A stretch of DNA of 63,664 nt, the filler included, from Octopus bimaculoides (Eukaryota), in the NCBI RefSeq assembly GCF_001194135.2. It is 6 parts of 6 records of this genome, joined end to end, with 100 filler letters (N's around TTAATTAATTAA, not from the genome) between each part and the next. Parts side by side here need not be neighbours in the genome. Positions count along the whole stretch, not along the records: positions 21,885 to 37,541 come from NC_068990.1; 5 more parts are not named here. One strand, 5' to 3'. Shown piece after piece: positions 26,639-37,478 of the stretch. Numbering within the stretch: position 1 is the first letter of the stretch; each line of letters begins with the position of its first letter. Under the pieces are notes generated by a model. That model saw only the letters and a list, made by a program, of their open reading frames with translations, was not told the origin of the DNA and did not search any database. The position numbers and the translations under genes were made by a program.

Positions 26639-26873
26639 GGCGGCGAGCTGGCAGAAACGTTAGCACGCCGGGTGAGATGCTTACCAGTATTTCGTCTGCC
26701 GTTACGTTCTGAGTTCAAATTCCGCCGAGGTCCACTTTGCCTTTCATCCTTTCGGAGTCGATAAATTAAGTACCAGTTACGTACTGGAGTCGATGTAATC
26801 GACTTAATCCCTTTCTCTGTCCTTGTTTGTTCCCTCTATGTTTAGCTCCTTGTGGGCAACAAAGAAATAAGAA
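26639..26873 (+). mobile_element. SINE family A, full length, ~15-bp TSD, nested in an older SINE
   Basis: GGCGGCGAGCTGGCAGAA (A-box-like)...GAGTTCAAATTCC (B-box-like)...GTCGATAAATTAAGTACCAG...AAAGAAATAAGAA. Flanks AGAATACGAAGAATT (26624-26638) and AGAATACAAAGAATT (26870-26884). Confidence 0.92.
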
Positions 26874-27338
26874 TACAAAGAATTAAGTGCCAGACAGGTA
26901 GTGGAGTCAATGCTTGTTCCTGAATTAGTAACTCTTTCGCATACCATATGCCACGCTGATGCATATTTCTTCGAAAACACTCCCTAATATTTTACATTTT
27001 TGTGGGAGCCACCTGGCAAAGCACTTTCAACAAAAAACTATTTTCTCTATAATTGCGAAATAATTCTGCATGTATGTATTATAAGCGCCTCATTCCCGTA
27101 AGTTAATGTTTAATTCTTTAGATTCTTAATGCTGATTTCGAAAATCAGGGCATCTCACGTAGCACGCTGAAAGCGATTATGTACTTGACATTTTGGTTGT
27201 GTCTGCATATCACCAACATCTGTGCTACGGTGCATGTAGAACAGCTAAATATATTTAAATCATCTATGTTCTCCTGCTGACAAGTATTTTTGTTCCTGAT
27301 ATATCGGTTACTTCCGTACATCGCCGGCATCTGCTGTA

Positions 27339-27383
<45 letters not shown>

Positions 27384-27794
27384 NNNNNNNNNNNNNNNNN
27401 NNNNNNNNNNNNNNNNNNNNNNNNNNNNNNNNNNNNNNNNNNNNNNNNNNNNNNNNNNNNNNNNNNNNNNNNNNNNNNNNNNNNNNNNNNNNNNNNNNNN
27501 NNNNNNNNNNNNNNNNNNNNNNNNNNNNNNNNNNNNNNNNNNNNNNNNNNNNNNNNNNNNNNNNNNNNNNNNNNNNNNNNNNNNNNNNNNNNNNNNNNNN
27601 NNNNNNNNNNNNNNNNNNNNNNNNNNNNNNNNNNNNNNNNNNNNNNNNNNNNNNNNNNNNNNNNNNNNNNNNNNNNNNNNNNNNNNNNNNNNNNNNNNNN
27701 NNNNNNNNNNNNNNNNNNNNNNNNNNNNNNNNNNNNNNNNNNNNNNNNNNNNNNNNNNNNNNNNNNNNNNNNNTATACATATATATATATAAAC

Positions 27795-27949
27795 ATATAT
27801 ACGACGAGCTTCTTTCAGTTTCCGTCTACCAAATCCACTCACAAGGCTTTGGTCGGCCCGGGGCTATAGTAGAAGACACTTGCCCAAGGTGCCACGCAGT
27901 GGGAATGAACCCGGAACCATGTGGTTGGTAAGCAAGCTACTTACCACAC
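27795..27949 (-). mobile_element. SINE family B, 5' half
   Basis: Reverse complement of TGTGTGGTAAGTAGCTTGCTTACCAACC...GGAAACTGAAAGAAGCTCGTCGT. Confidence 0.9.
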
Positions 27950-28029
27950 ATATATGTATATATGCAAGTATATATATATATATATGTATGTATATACACT
28001 CACACACGCACACACACACATATATACGA

Positions 28030-28250
28030 AAAGGATGAACCGATTTCATCACGCAATATTTTAAAAAGGAAAAGCAATAGAAAACTCCAGCTAAGTCACA
28101 AGTGTTTACTCACCATCAACTTTTATTTCCTCTTACAAGTGTTCAATATGGCCACCACCTGCAGCACGGGCGACATCAATCAATACGATGAAAGAATTCC
28201 TCCCAGACGCATTTCAGCATATCAAAAGCAAGTTGATTATAGAACTAAAG
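28030..28250 (-). mobile_element. Tc1/mariner-superfamily transposase C-terminal remnant
   Basis: Minus strand WEEFFHRID / DVARAAGGGHIEHL* (frameshifted), matching the typical ...GGHIEHL end of Tc1/mariner-type transposases. Confidence 0.55.
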
Positions 28251-28252
28251 AA

Positions 28253-28275
28253 GAAAGAAGCCCGTCGTATATATG

Positions 28276-28306
<31 letters not shown>

Positions 28307-28508
28307 ATGTGTTTGTCCCCCCCAACATCGCTTGACAACCGATGCTGGTGTGTTTACGTCCCCGTAACATTAGCGGTTCGGCAAAAGAGACGGATAGAAT
28401 AAGTACTAGGCTTCCAAAATATAAGTCCTGGTGTCGATTAGCTCGACTACAGGCGGTGCTCCTGCATGGCCACAGTCAAACGACTGAAACAAGTAGAAGA
28501 GTAAGAGT
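28253..28508 (+). mobile_element. SINE family B, 3' half with internal (TA)/(TG)
   Basis: AAGAAGCCCGTCGTATATATG(TA)n(TG)n-TTTGTCCCCCCAACATCG...GACTGAAACAAGTAGAAGAG. Confidence 0.9.
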
Positions 28509-29221
28509 ATATACATAGATACATATATATATATATANNNNNNNNNNNNNNNNNNNNNNNNNNNNNNNNNNNNNNNNNNNNNNNNNNNNNNNNNNNNNNN
28601 NNNNNNNNNNNNNNNNNNNNNNNNNNNNNNNNNNNNNNNNNNNNNNNNNNNNNNNNNNNNNNNNNNNNNNNNNNNNNNNNNNNNNNNNNNNNNNNNNNNN
28701 NNNNNNNNNNNNNNNNNNNNNNNNNNNNNNNNNNNNNNNNNNNNNNNNNNNNNNNNNNNNNNNNNNNNNNNNNNNNNNNNNNNNNNNNNNNNNNNNNNNN
28801 NNNNNNNNNNNNNNNNNNNNNNNNNNNNNNNNNNNNNNNNNNNNNNNNNNNNNNNNNNNNNNNNNNNNNNNNNNNNNNNNNNNNNNNNNNNNNNNNNNNN
28901 NNNNNNNNNNNNNNNNNNNNNNNNNNNNNNNNNNNNNNNNNNNNNNNNNNNNNNNNNNNNNNNNNNNNNNNNNNNNNNNNNNNNNNNNNNNNNNNNNNNN
29001 NNNNNNNNNNNNNNNNNNNNNNNNNNNNNNNNNNNNNNNNNNNNNNNNNNNNNNNNNNNNNNNNNNNNNNNNNNNNNNNNNNNNNNNNNNNNNNNNNNNN
29101 NNNNNNNNNNNNNNNNNNNNNNNNNNNNNNNNNNNNNNNNNNNNNNNNNNNNNNNNNNNNNNNNNNNNNNNNNNNNNNNNNNNNNNNNNNNNNNNNNNNN
29201 NNNNNNNNNNNNNNNNNNNNN

Positions 29222-29252
<31 letters not shown>

Positions 29253-30004
29253 ATGTGTATATGTGCTTATATATACAATATATACATACATATGTATGTA
29301 TGTATGTATGTATATATCTATCTCAATATACGACTTGATTTATTGTTATGCGTCTCTTCGTATTAGCTCTATTTCTATATCATTGTATATATTATCGTTC
29401 TAAACAGGATGTTTTTCACTTGTATTAAGTCATCCTCCTAATTGATTTGCATTAAAAAAAAAATAGTATTTTCGATATCTCAGCGGAATATTTAACTATG
29501 TAATTACTGTCACATCTTTCTGAAAGTTAATTTTTAAATTCCATTTTAAACTTAAACGTTGATTTAGATATTCGAGCATTCTGGGATAATATATTTAAAA
29601 AATGGAGTGAATTAATGTTTTTAATATTTTAGTCGTTTCTCTATCTCATCGGTATCTGGTCGTTGGGGCAAATAAACAATAAACCATCTTAGCGGTCTCC
29701 TTGGAATTTCACTGATAATGGTAGCATCTATTCTCACACTTTTCTTTACTCCCAGTACAGGAAACATGATCTATATTGGAAAATAAATTTGCGCGCGCAC
29801 GCACGTGTGTGCGTGGGTGTGTGTGTGAGTGTGTGTGTGAGTGTGTGTGCGCGCGCCTATAAGATCGCATTTCTGAAGCATGAAGAAATTTTTAAATATA
29901 TCATTTTACAAAGTTGCTCAAATGAAAATGTATAAACAATAGAGCTGATAAGGCATCGAGTAAAAATCCTTTAAACACAAGAACTGAACAAACCACACAC
30001 ACAC

Positions 30005-30046
<42 letters not shown>

Positions 30047-30105
30047 GCACACACACATCCATGTACATCCCTCTGTCTATCTATCTCTCTATCTCTCTAT
30101 CTATC

Positions 30106-30219
30106 TTATTTCTTTATTGCCCACAAGGGGCTAAACATAGAGGGGACAAACAAGGACAGACAAAGGGATTAAGTCGATTACATAAACCCCAGTGCGTAAC
30201 TGGTACTTAATTTATCGAC
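30106..30219 (-). mobile_element. SINE family A 3' part, running into an N gap
   Basis: CTTATTTCTTTATTGCCCACAAGGGGCTAAACATAGAGGGG...ACTGGTACTTAATTTATCGAC is the reverse complement of the family A tail. Confidence 0.9.
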
Positions 30220-30669
30220 NNNNNNNNNNNNNNNNNNNNNNNNNNNNNNNNNNNNNNNNNNNNNNNNNNNNNNNNNNNNNNNNNNNNNNNNNNNNNNNNN
30301 NNNNNNNNNNNNNNNNNNNNNNNNNNNNNNNNNNNNNNNNNNNNNNNNNNNNNNNNNNNNNNNNNNNNNNNNNNNNNNNNNNNNNNNNNNNNNNNNNNNN
30401 NNNNNNNNNNNNNNNNNNNNNNNNNNNNNNNNNNNNNNNNNNNNNNNNNNNNNNNNNNNNNNNNNNNNNNNNNNNNNNNNNNNNNNNNNNNNNNNNNNNN
30501 NNNNNNNNNNNNNNNNNNNNNNNNNNNNNNNNNNNNNNNNNNNNNNNNNNNNNNNNNNNNNNNNNNNNNNNNNNNNNNNNNNNNNNNNNNNNNNNNNNNN
30601 NNNNNNNNNNNNNNNNNNNNNNNNNNNNNNNNNNNNNNNNNNNNNNNNNNNNNNNNNNNNNNNNNNNNN

Positions 30670-30710
<41 letters not shown>

Positions 30711-31289
30711 TAAACATTTACTGCGAAGTATGACAGCTGCCTGCCTGTCTGGCTAGATGCATGCATCCATGCAAGCATCTTACATTTCAGTAAGTCGTTC
30801 CAATTTATTTTATTGTATCCTTTCGCATTATATGTATTCATGCATCATTTATGCATCATTCTCTATATTATCGGTGTAAATGTAATTCTTTTTATATTAT
30901 TGCGTCATCTCACTAATGGCTTTCCACAATAAAAGTATTTTCAATTATATCATGAAATATCTGACTATATAATTACTATCCAAGCTCATTTCCGTAAGGC
31001 AATTTTGAAATTTTAATGCAGATTTAGAAAGTATGAATATTCTTGCAAAGTATTTGTTTATTTAATCGAAAGTATTTGTGTTCTTGATACTTCTGTTGTT
31101 TTTGTAACTCACTGGCACCGATAGTACGGTTTATATAAACAGCAAAACATATTTACGGCTTACTTTGTGCATTCGGTAAAGAAAATATCATGCGTTCTTA
31201 GATATCTATGTGCGACTACGGAGCATAAAAGGTAAATTGTTTTGAAAGGTTAAATATATTCCATATCTATCTCTGTCAATATATATGTA

Positions 31290-31680
31290 GTTTGTCCGTC
31301 GATGCGACGAAGACTATCTAGTTATTCTGGGGTGGGAGTGGGCTTGCTTTGTGAGCCCGCAGATGGCTAGTGAGGCCAATCTGCGCCCGAATGAATCTTT
31401 GACAGCGTGGACAGGGAATGATAGCGCCTGCTACAGGGTTGTTAGCTCTGTTCTTCCTGGCTTGTCTGCGGTCTTCTGCAGCAGCGATCCTATTGGCCTC
31501 GCATGTGTTGGCACCCTTGTGGACAACTGATCACCACCTTTCTCTGTCTAGAGCAGACTGCTCCCAAGTTGCATGGTCGATGCTGAAGACCTTCAGTGAG
31601 GCTTTCAGTTTGTCCTTAAAGCGCTTCTTCTGGCCGCCTTGTGAGCGCTTTCCCTTTTGCAACTCGCCAAAGAGCAATCT
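31290..31680 (-). mobile_element. RTE-clade (BovB-like) LINE 3' end; remainder probably in the gap
   Basis: RLLFGELQKGKRSQGGQKKRFKDKLKASLKVFSIDHATWEQSALDRERW*...IPCPRCQRFIRAQIGLTSHLRAH (C2H2-like end), then a short UTR with a CGTCG-CAT-CGACG hairpin. Confidence 0.92.
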
Positions 31681-33377
31681 NNNNNNNNNNNNNNNNNNNN
31701 NNNNNNNNNNNNNNNNNNNNNNNNNNNNNNNNNNNNNNNNNNNNNNNNNNNNNNNNNNNNNNNNNNNNNNNNNNNNNNNNNNNNNNNNNNNNNNNNNNNN
31801 NNNNNNNNNNNNNNNNNNNNNNNNNNNNNNNNNNNNNNNNNNNNNNNNNNNNNNNNNNNNNNNNNNNNNNNNNNNNNNNNNNNNNNNNNNNNNNNNNNNN
31901 NNNNNNNNNNNNNNNNNNNNNNNNNNNNNNNNNNNNNNNNNNNNNNNNNNNNNNNNNNNNNNNNNNNNNNNNNNNNNNNNNNNNNNNNNNNNNNNNNNNN
32001 NNNNNNNNNNNNNNNNNNNNNNNNNNNNNNNNNNNNNNNNNNNNNNNNNNNNNNNNNNNNNNNNNNNNNNNNNNNNNNNNNNNNNNNNNNNNNNNNNNNN
32101 NNNNNNNNNNNNNNNNNNNNNNNNNNNNNNNNNNNNNNNNNNNNNNNNNNNNNNNNNNNNNNNNNNNNNNNNNNNNNNNNNNNNNNNNNNNNNNNNNNNN
32201 NNNNNNNNNNNNNNNNNNNNNNNNNNNNNNNNNNNNNNNNNNNNNNNNNNNNNNNNNNNNNNNNNNNNNNNNNNNNNNNNNNNNNNNNNNNNNNNNNNNN
32301 NNNNNNNNNNNNNNNNNNNNNNNNNNNNNNNNNNNNNNNNNNNNNNNNNNNNNNNNNNNNNNNNNNNNNNNNNNNNNNNNNNNNNNNNNNNNNNNNNNNN
32401 NNNNNNNNNNNNNNNNNNNNNNNNNNNNNNNNNNNNNNNNNNNNNNNNNNNNNNNNNNNNNNNNNNNNNNNNNNNNNNNNNNNNNNNNNNNNNNNNNNNN
32501 NNNNNNNNNNNNNNNNNNNNNNNNNNNNNNNNNNNNNNNNNNNNNNNNNNNNNNNNNNNNNNNNNNNNNNNNNNNNNNNNNNNNNNNNNNNNNNNNNNNN
32601 NNNNNNNNNNNNATATATATATATATATATATATATACATGACAGAAAAAGTGTTAGATTAAAATATCAATCAGTCTATGATACTTAATATAAATACATC
32701 GCGGAAAGCAAACTTACTGCAGCATTCGACTAGAGATGTTATTTCTTATGGAGGTGCTGCGTTTAAAAACTCAATTAATATATAAGCAAGCGAAAATTAT
32801 CCAATCCGTGATTGGTGATAATATTATTTGCGTTTTTGTGTCATTAAGCATTGTCGGTAGTATGTAATACACATGTGTATGCATATGTGTGAGTGACCTG
32901 CTTAGTATGTGTTAATATCAGGCAGGCATAAATATTATGAGAGACGTGTTCCTTAAACAACCATTTAGCTTTTAAATTCAAATGTAACTCTTTTAGATTT
33001 TCACCTGTCCTCTGCAAAACACAAATATTATTTGGTATTTCTATGTTGATAATTAATACTCTATTGCCTGTTATGACATGGACAATTATATCTGAATTAT
33101 CTAGTGGTCTGTCTGGATGCTACATTTTTAAAGTATTGCTATGTCCAAAGATTGAGGTTCATAGGTGTATTATGGATTTGTTTTTTTGTGTGATTTTCTA
33201 AGTAGTTTGTGAAGGCGTGAATCGTGTTTCCAATTGTATATAAATTTATTAGAGATCATTATTATATATATATCATCGTCGTTGTCGTTATCATCATCAT
33301 CATCATCGTCATCATCATCATCACCACCATCATCATCATCATGTCATCATCATCATTACTATTGTCGTTGTTGTTAT

Positions 33378-33950
33378 TATTTGCTTTTAATCTGTATGTC
33401 TGTTGCAATCATATGTTGGGACACACCCAGCGCCCGAGGGCAAATGAAAGATAAGAAATGCTACAGTATAACTGAAAGCTCAGGGAAGGGAAGTGGCAGG
33501 AGTAGTAGCAAAATATCTCCATCTAATAAAATATAGATATTTAAAAGTTTTCTAAAGATGTGGGTAATATTTGTCAGCACAATCTTCTGGATTCTTCTGA
33601 AACATGGTTCTCCTGGGATGTTGTCTAGATGTTTCTGACAATACTCTTTTATCAGACCTAGAGCAGCTGCAATAACAGGAACAGTTTTTTGCTTTAAGAT
33701 GCCACATCTTTTGTATTCCAATTTCCAGGTTCTTATATTTACTAAGTTTGTCAAATTCCTTTACAGATATATTTTTCAGTGGGAAGATTTGCATATATTA
33801 GTCTACAAGTATTTTCTTCCCAGTCTTTAATAACTATGTCTGGTCGATTAGCCTGGATAGTTGTGTCAGTGTTGACTGGAGAATCCCAGCAGATAGTGAC
33901 ATGTTTACCTTCAACAAGTGGCTCAGGATGATATTCATACTAGTAAGCAC
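33378..33950 (-). mobile_element. R4/Dong-like non-LTR retrotransposon 3' fragment (RLE domain plus UTR)
   Basis: YEYHPEPLVEGKHVTICWDSPVNTDTTIQANRPDIVIKDWEENTC; KNISVKEFDKLSKYKNLEIGIQKMWHLK; TVPVIAAALGLIK. UTR runs into AAT/GAT triplets. Confidence 0.88.
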
Positions 33951-34109
33951 GATTACTGATTTTGTAGTGTTTACATATTTTGCAGCGTAAATACGACCCT
34001 ACCCTATCGTGGGCATATTTGTATTCGTTTGGTGTCAGCACAGGACATTCCGAAACGAGCAGAGACTGTAACAACAGCACTGAGAGTCTCACTACCAAAT
34101 GGAGTGCTG

Positions 34110-34330
34110 TTTCTCAAAAGACTGTGTCGCATGCCCTGCTTGAGAAAACTATCTAAGAACAGATATAAAAATGTTCTACACCGCGTTTTTCAGTGTGCCT
34201 TTAAAGCGGCAGCTAAAGGAGGCTGGTGTGTATAAAGTAAAGTCCATTGGCCTGACAAAATCGTACGCAAGTAGCTACTGAAAGCATTTAAGATCAAATG
34301 CAAGACGAAACGTGAAGACAATGTGTCACA
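34110..34330 (+). mobile_element. Possible decayed RTE C-terminal remnant
   Basis: CRMPCLRKLSK and LKRQLKEAGV loosely resemble RTE RM...RLPK and LKRQLK.AGI motifs. Confidence 0.35.
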
Positions 34331-34641
34331 CACACTTACTCACAGGCTCGACTCACAATATATAAGCAGTGTAATGTAAGATGACAAATATTGGCAATTA
34401 TATTAAACTCAGACTCGTTGTCCACCTCGGACACTTTGTCTACTGCAATCGGAGCAGGTTGTTAGAGCAAAGGTGATGAACGATAAACATGTGGTCGGGT
34501 GAGGTCAGTATGGAGTTATAAGTCTTGATGACGCAGAAAGAAAAGCAATGAAACTAACAGAGCAAAATTTCCAGCCATTACACTTATGGCAATGAAGGCA
34601 CTTGGGAGCTTTCTGTTTTAAAGAATCAGAAATGAAAAGAC

Positions 34642-34788
34642 GGTTAGGTCAGTGGACTCGCGGTCTTAGGATCGCGGTTTCGATACCCAGACCAGGCGTT
34701 GTGAGTTTTTATTGAGCTAAAACGCCTAAAGCTCCACGAGGCTCCACGAGGCTCCGGGGGGGGGGGGGTAAACCCTGCTGCACTCTTT
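34642..34788 (+). mobile_element. SINE family C 5' part, directly abutting a family B SINE
   Basis: GGTTAGGTCAGTGGACTCGCGG...GGTTTCGATACCCAGACC...AAAGCTCCACGAGG...GCACTCTTT. Confidence 0.8.
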
Positions 34789-35204
34789 ATAGGCGTAGGA
34801 GTGGCTGTGTGGTAAGTAGCTTACTTACCAGCCATATGGTTCCGGGTTCATTCCCACTGCGTGGCACCTTGGGCAAGTGTCTTCTACTATAGCCTCGAGC
34901 CGACCAAAGGCTTGTGAGTGGATTTGGTTGCCGGAAACTGAAAAGAAGCCCATCGTATATATGTATATGCATATATGCGTGTGTGTGTGTGTGTGTGTGT
35001 GTTTGTCCCCCAACATCGCTTGACAACCGATGCTGGTGTGTTTACGTCCCCGTAACTTAGCGGTTCGGCAAAAGGAACCAATAGAATAAGTACTAGGCTT
35101 TCAAAGAATAAGTCCTGGGGTCGATTTGCTCGACTAAAGGCGGTGCTCCAGCATGGCCGCAGTCAAAAGACTGAAACAAGTAAAAGAGTAAAAGAGTAAA
35201 AGAG
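34789..35204 (+). mobile_element. SINE family B, full length with internal (TA)/(TG) tract
   Basis: ATAGGCGTAGGAGTGGCTGTGTGGTAAG...GGGTTCATTCCC...CCTTGGGCAAGTGTCTTC...(TG)n...tail (GTAAAAGA)n. Confidence 0.93.
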
Positions 35205-36060
35205 AGAGAGAGGTGGGAAGGGGCAGCACCAGCAGAACCCGTGACAACAACAGATAACACCAGAGGCTGCTGGTACAATAGTCGCACAGTCAATCAGCTC
35301 CATGTATAATATAAAAAAAAAAATCGCCTTACTATAAAAACCAACACTCATTGGCTAAGATACACCTACTCTCTGGCCTCAAAATGTAACACTGCCCCAT
35401 ATCTTGCGATGCAGCGTGATCAAACATGGGATCTATTTCATGGGTTTACATCTATGCATGTAATTTCTATTCACTTTTAATTACATCTTATTAAATGTGT
35501 TTCAGATGTTAGTTTTCAATCACTTTAACCCGGGGGGAAGACGCTAAATATTCATCTTGTGTGAGAGGAGGGTGTTTTATAACGCTATGGCTTTCTGATG
35601 GTTAATAGATTTTGTGAGCTTCATATATTTCTTGAAGAAATGAATGAGGTATAGACACTAGATACAGTCAGAAATGTCAGATGGAAGCTTTAAGCTGACA
35701 CAGACTTAAAAGTGACTTCTACTTAGCGTTAAGCTTTATACATGCATATTATTGCAAATAGTATTTATAAATCTATAGGATTCGTCAGTGAGAGGGTATT
35801 CATTATGACTGAATTACGGTTAATGGTTAATGTAACAATTAATTAACGATATCATTAACACATGCTTATGCAAATATTCAGGAGATAACTGAAAATTATA
35901 CATGTTCAAGCCTCCTCATAAATGACACGAAGCTATATCAAATTCTGACAAATCCAATACGCTTCATCCCATTACTGCTATTAGAAAATAGCTCCATCCA
36001 AAAAAACCCTAATTATCGAAATAAGAAGTCATTTGTGTAAATCGTCAATTACATTTTTTT

Positions 36061-36290
36061 CTTTTTATTTGTTTCAGTCAATTGACTACGGCCATGCTAG
36101 AGCACCGCCTTTAGTCGAACAAATCTACCCCAGAACTTATTATTTGTAAGTCTAGTCCTTATTCTATCGGTCTCTTTGCTGAACCGCTAATGTTACTGGG
36201 ACGTAAACACACCAGCAATGGTTGTCAAGCGATGTTGGGGAGGGGGAGACAAACACAGACGCACAAACACACATACACACAAACACACAT

Positions 36291-36346
<56 letters not shown>

Positions 36347-36511
36347 GACAGGCTTCTTTCAGTTTTCATCTACCAAATCCACTCACAAGGCTTTGGTCGA
36401 TCCGAGGCTTTAGTAGAAGACACTTGCCCAAGGAACCACGCAGTGGGACTGAACCCAAAACCATGTGGTTGGTAAGCAAGCTACTTACCACAGAGCCACG
36501 TCTGCGCCTAT
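36061..36511 (-). mobile_element. SINE family B, full length, inverted relative to 34789-35204
   Basis: Reverse-complement match over both halves, with internal (CA)n(TA)n. Confidence 0.92.
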
Positions 36512-36627
36512 ATATATATTTTTTTTCAAAATAAAACTATATGCATATATGATCCAGTATTTACACCTGTGAATTAAGTTTATTCCTGTATTAATTCATT
36601 CTCTTATTAAGGGACTACTTCGAGAAT

Positions 36628-36829
36628 GCAGCGAGTTGGCGAAATCGTTACCCCGCTGGGTAGCGCCATTTCGTCTGTCTTTACGTTCTGAGTTCAAATT
36701 CCACCGAGATCGACTTTACCTTTGATCATTTCGAGAATCGATAAAATAAGTGGAAGTTGAGTGCTAGGGTCGATGTAATCAACTTACCCCTCCCCCGAAA
36801 TTGCTGGTCTTGTGCCAAAATTTGAAAGC
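36628..36829 (+). mobile_element. SINE family A (A2)
   Basis: TTACGTTCTGAGTTCAAATTCCACCGAG...TCGATAAAATAAGT...CTTGTGCCAAAATTTGAAA. Confidence 0.85.
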
Positions 36830-37207
36830 AGTACACTACGTCTGAATACCCTTTAATTTCACAACACTAAAGATGATCACTTGTCGGATAGAAAACAAAT
36901 TTTTCCCCTATTTCTCATTCTATCAAACAAACCATAAATTTCCTTCTTCCACTAAGCAGACTTTTCCGTTAGAAAATACGAAATACTCAACATTAAATTG
37001 GTTTATTGACCTTCCAGTTGCCTCTTCAACCAAATATGTCTACATGGTGTGTGTGTTCATGTGTGGGCCTGTCTGACTTGCCAAAATTTATATATCTGTA
37101 TCTTCGAACGTTTGAAGTTAAATGCTACGTATTTTTCTAGATACATATACAATACATATATAACCATATAACTAGAGAGTATCGTTTAGGTTAAAATGGA
37201 CAGAGCT

Positions 37208-37208
37208 G

Positions 37209-37239
<31 letters not shown>

Positions 37240-37248
37240 GTAGGTAGG

Positions 37249-37287
<39 letters not shown>

Positions 37288-37336
37288 GTAGATAGATAGA
37301 TAGATAGATAGGTAGATAGATAGATAGATAGATAGG

Positions 37337-37367
<31 letters not shown>

Positions 37368-37388
37368 GTAGATAGATAGGTAGGTAGG

Positions 37389-37431
<43 letters not shown>

Positions 37432-37478
37432 GTAGGTAGGTAGGTAGGTAGATAGATAGATAGATAGGTAGATAGATA
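37208..37478. repeat. (GATA)n/(GGTA)n tetranucleotide array
   Basis: Direct reading. Confidence 0.97.

Noticed and set aside
27120-27330. Cys-containing short frames after a good acceptor (TTCTTTAG)
   Set aside because: Stops in all frames, no matching donor, and a GCTGATTTCGAAA motif typical of transposon relics.
31418-32662. 414-aa ORF and other long X-filled ORFs
   Set aside because: Length comes from N gaps; the real coding sense here is the RTE frame on the minus strand.
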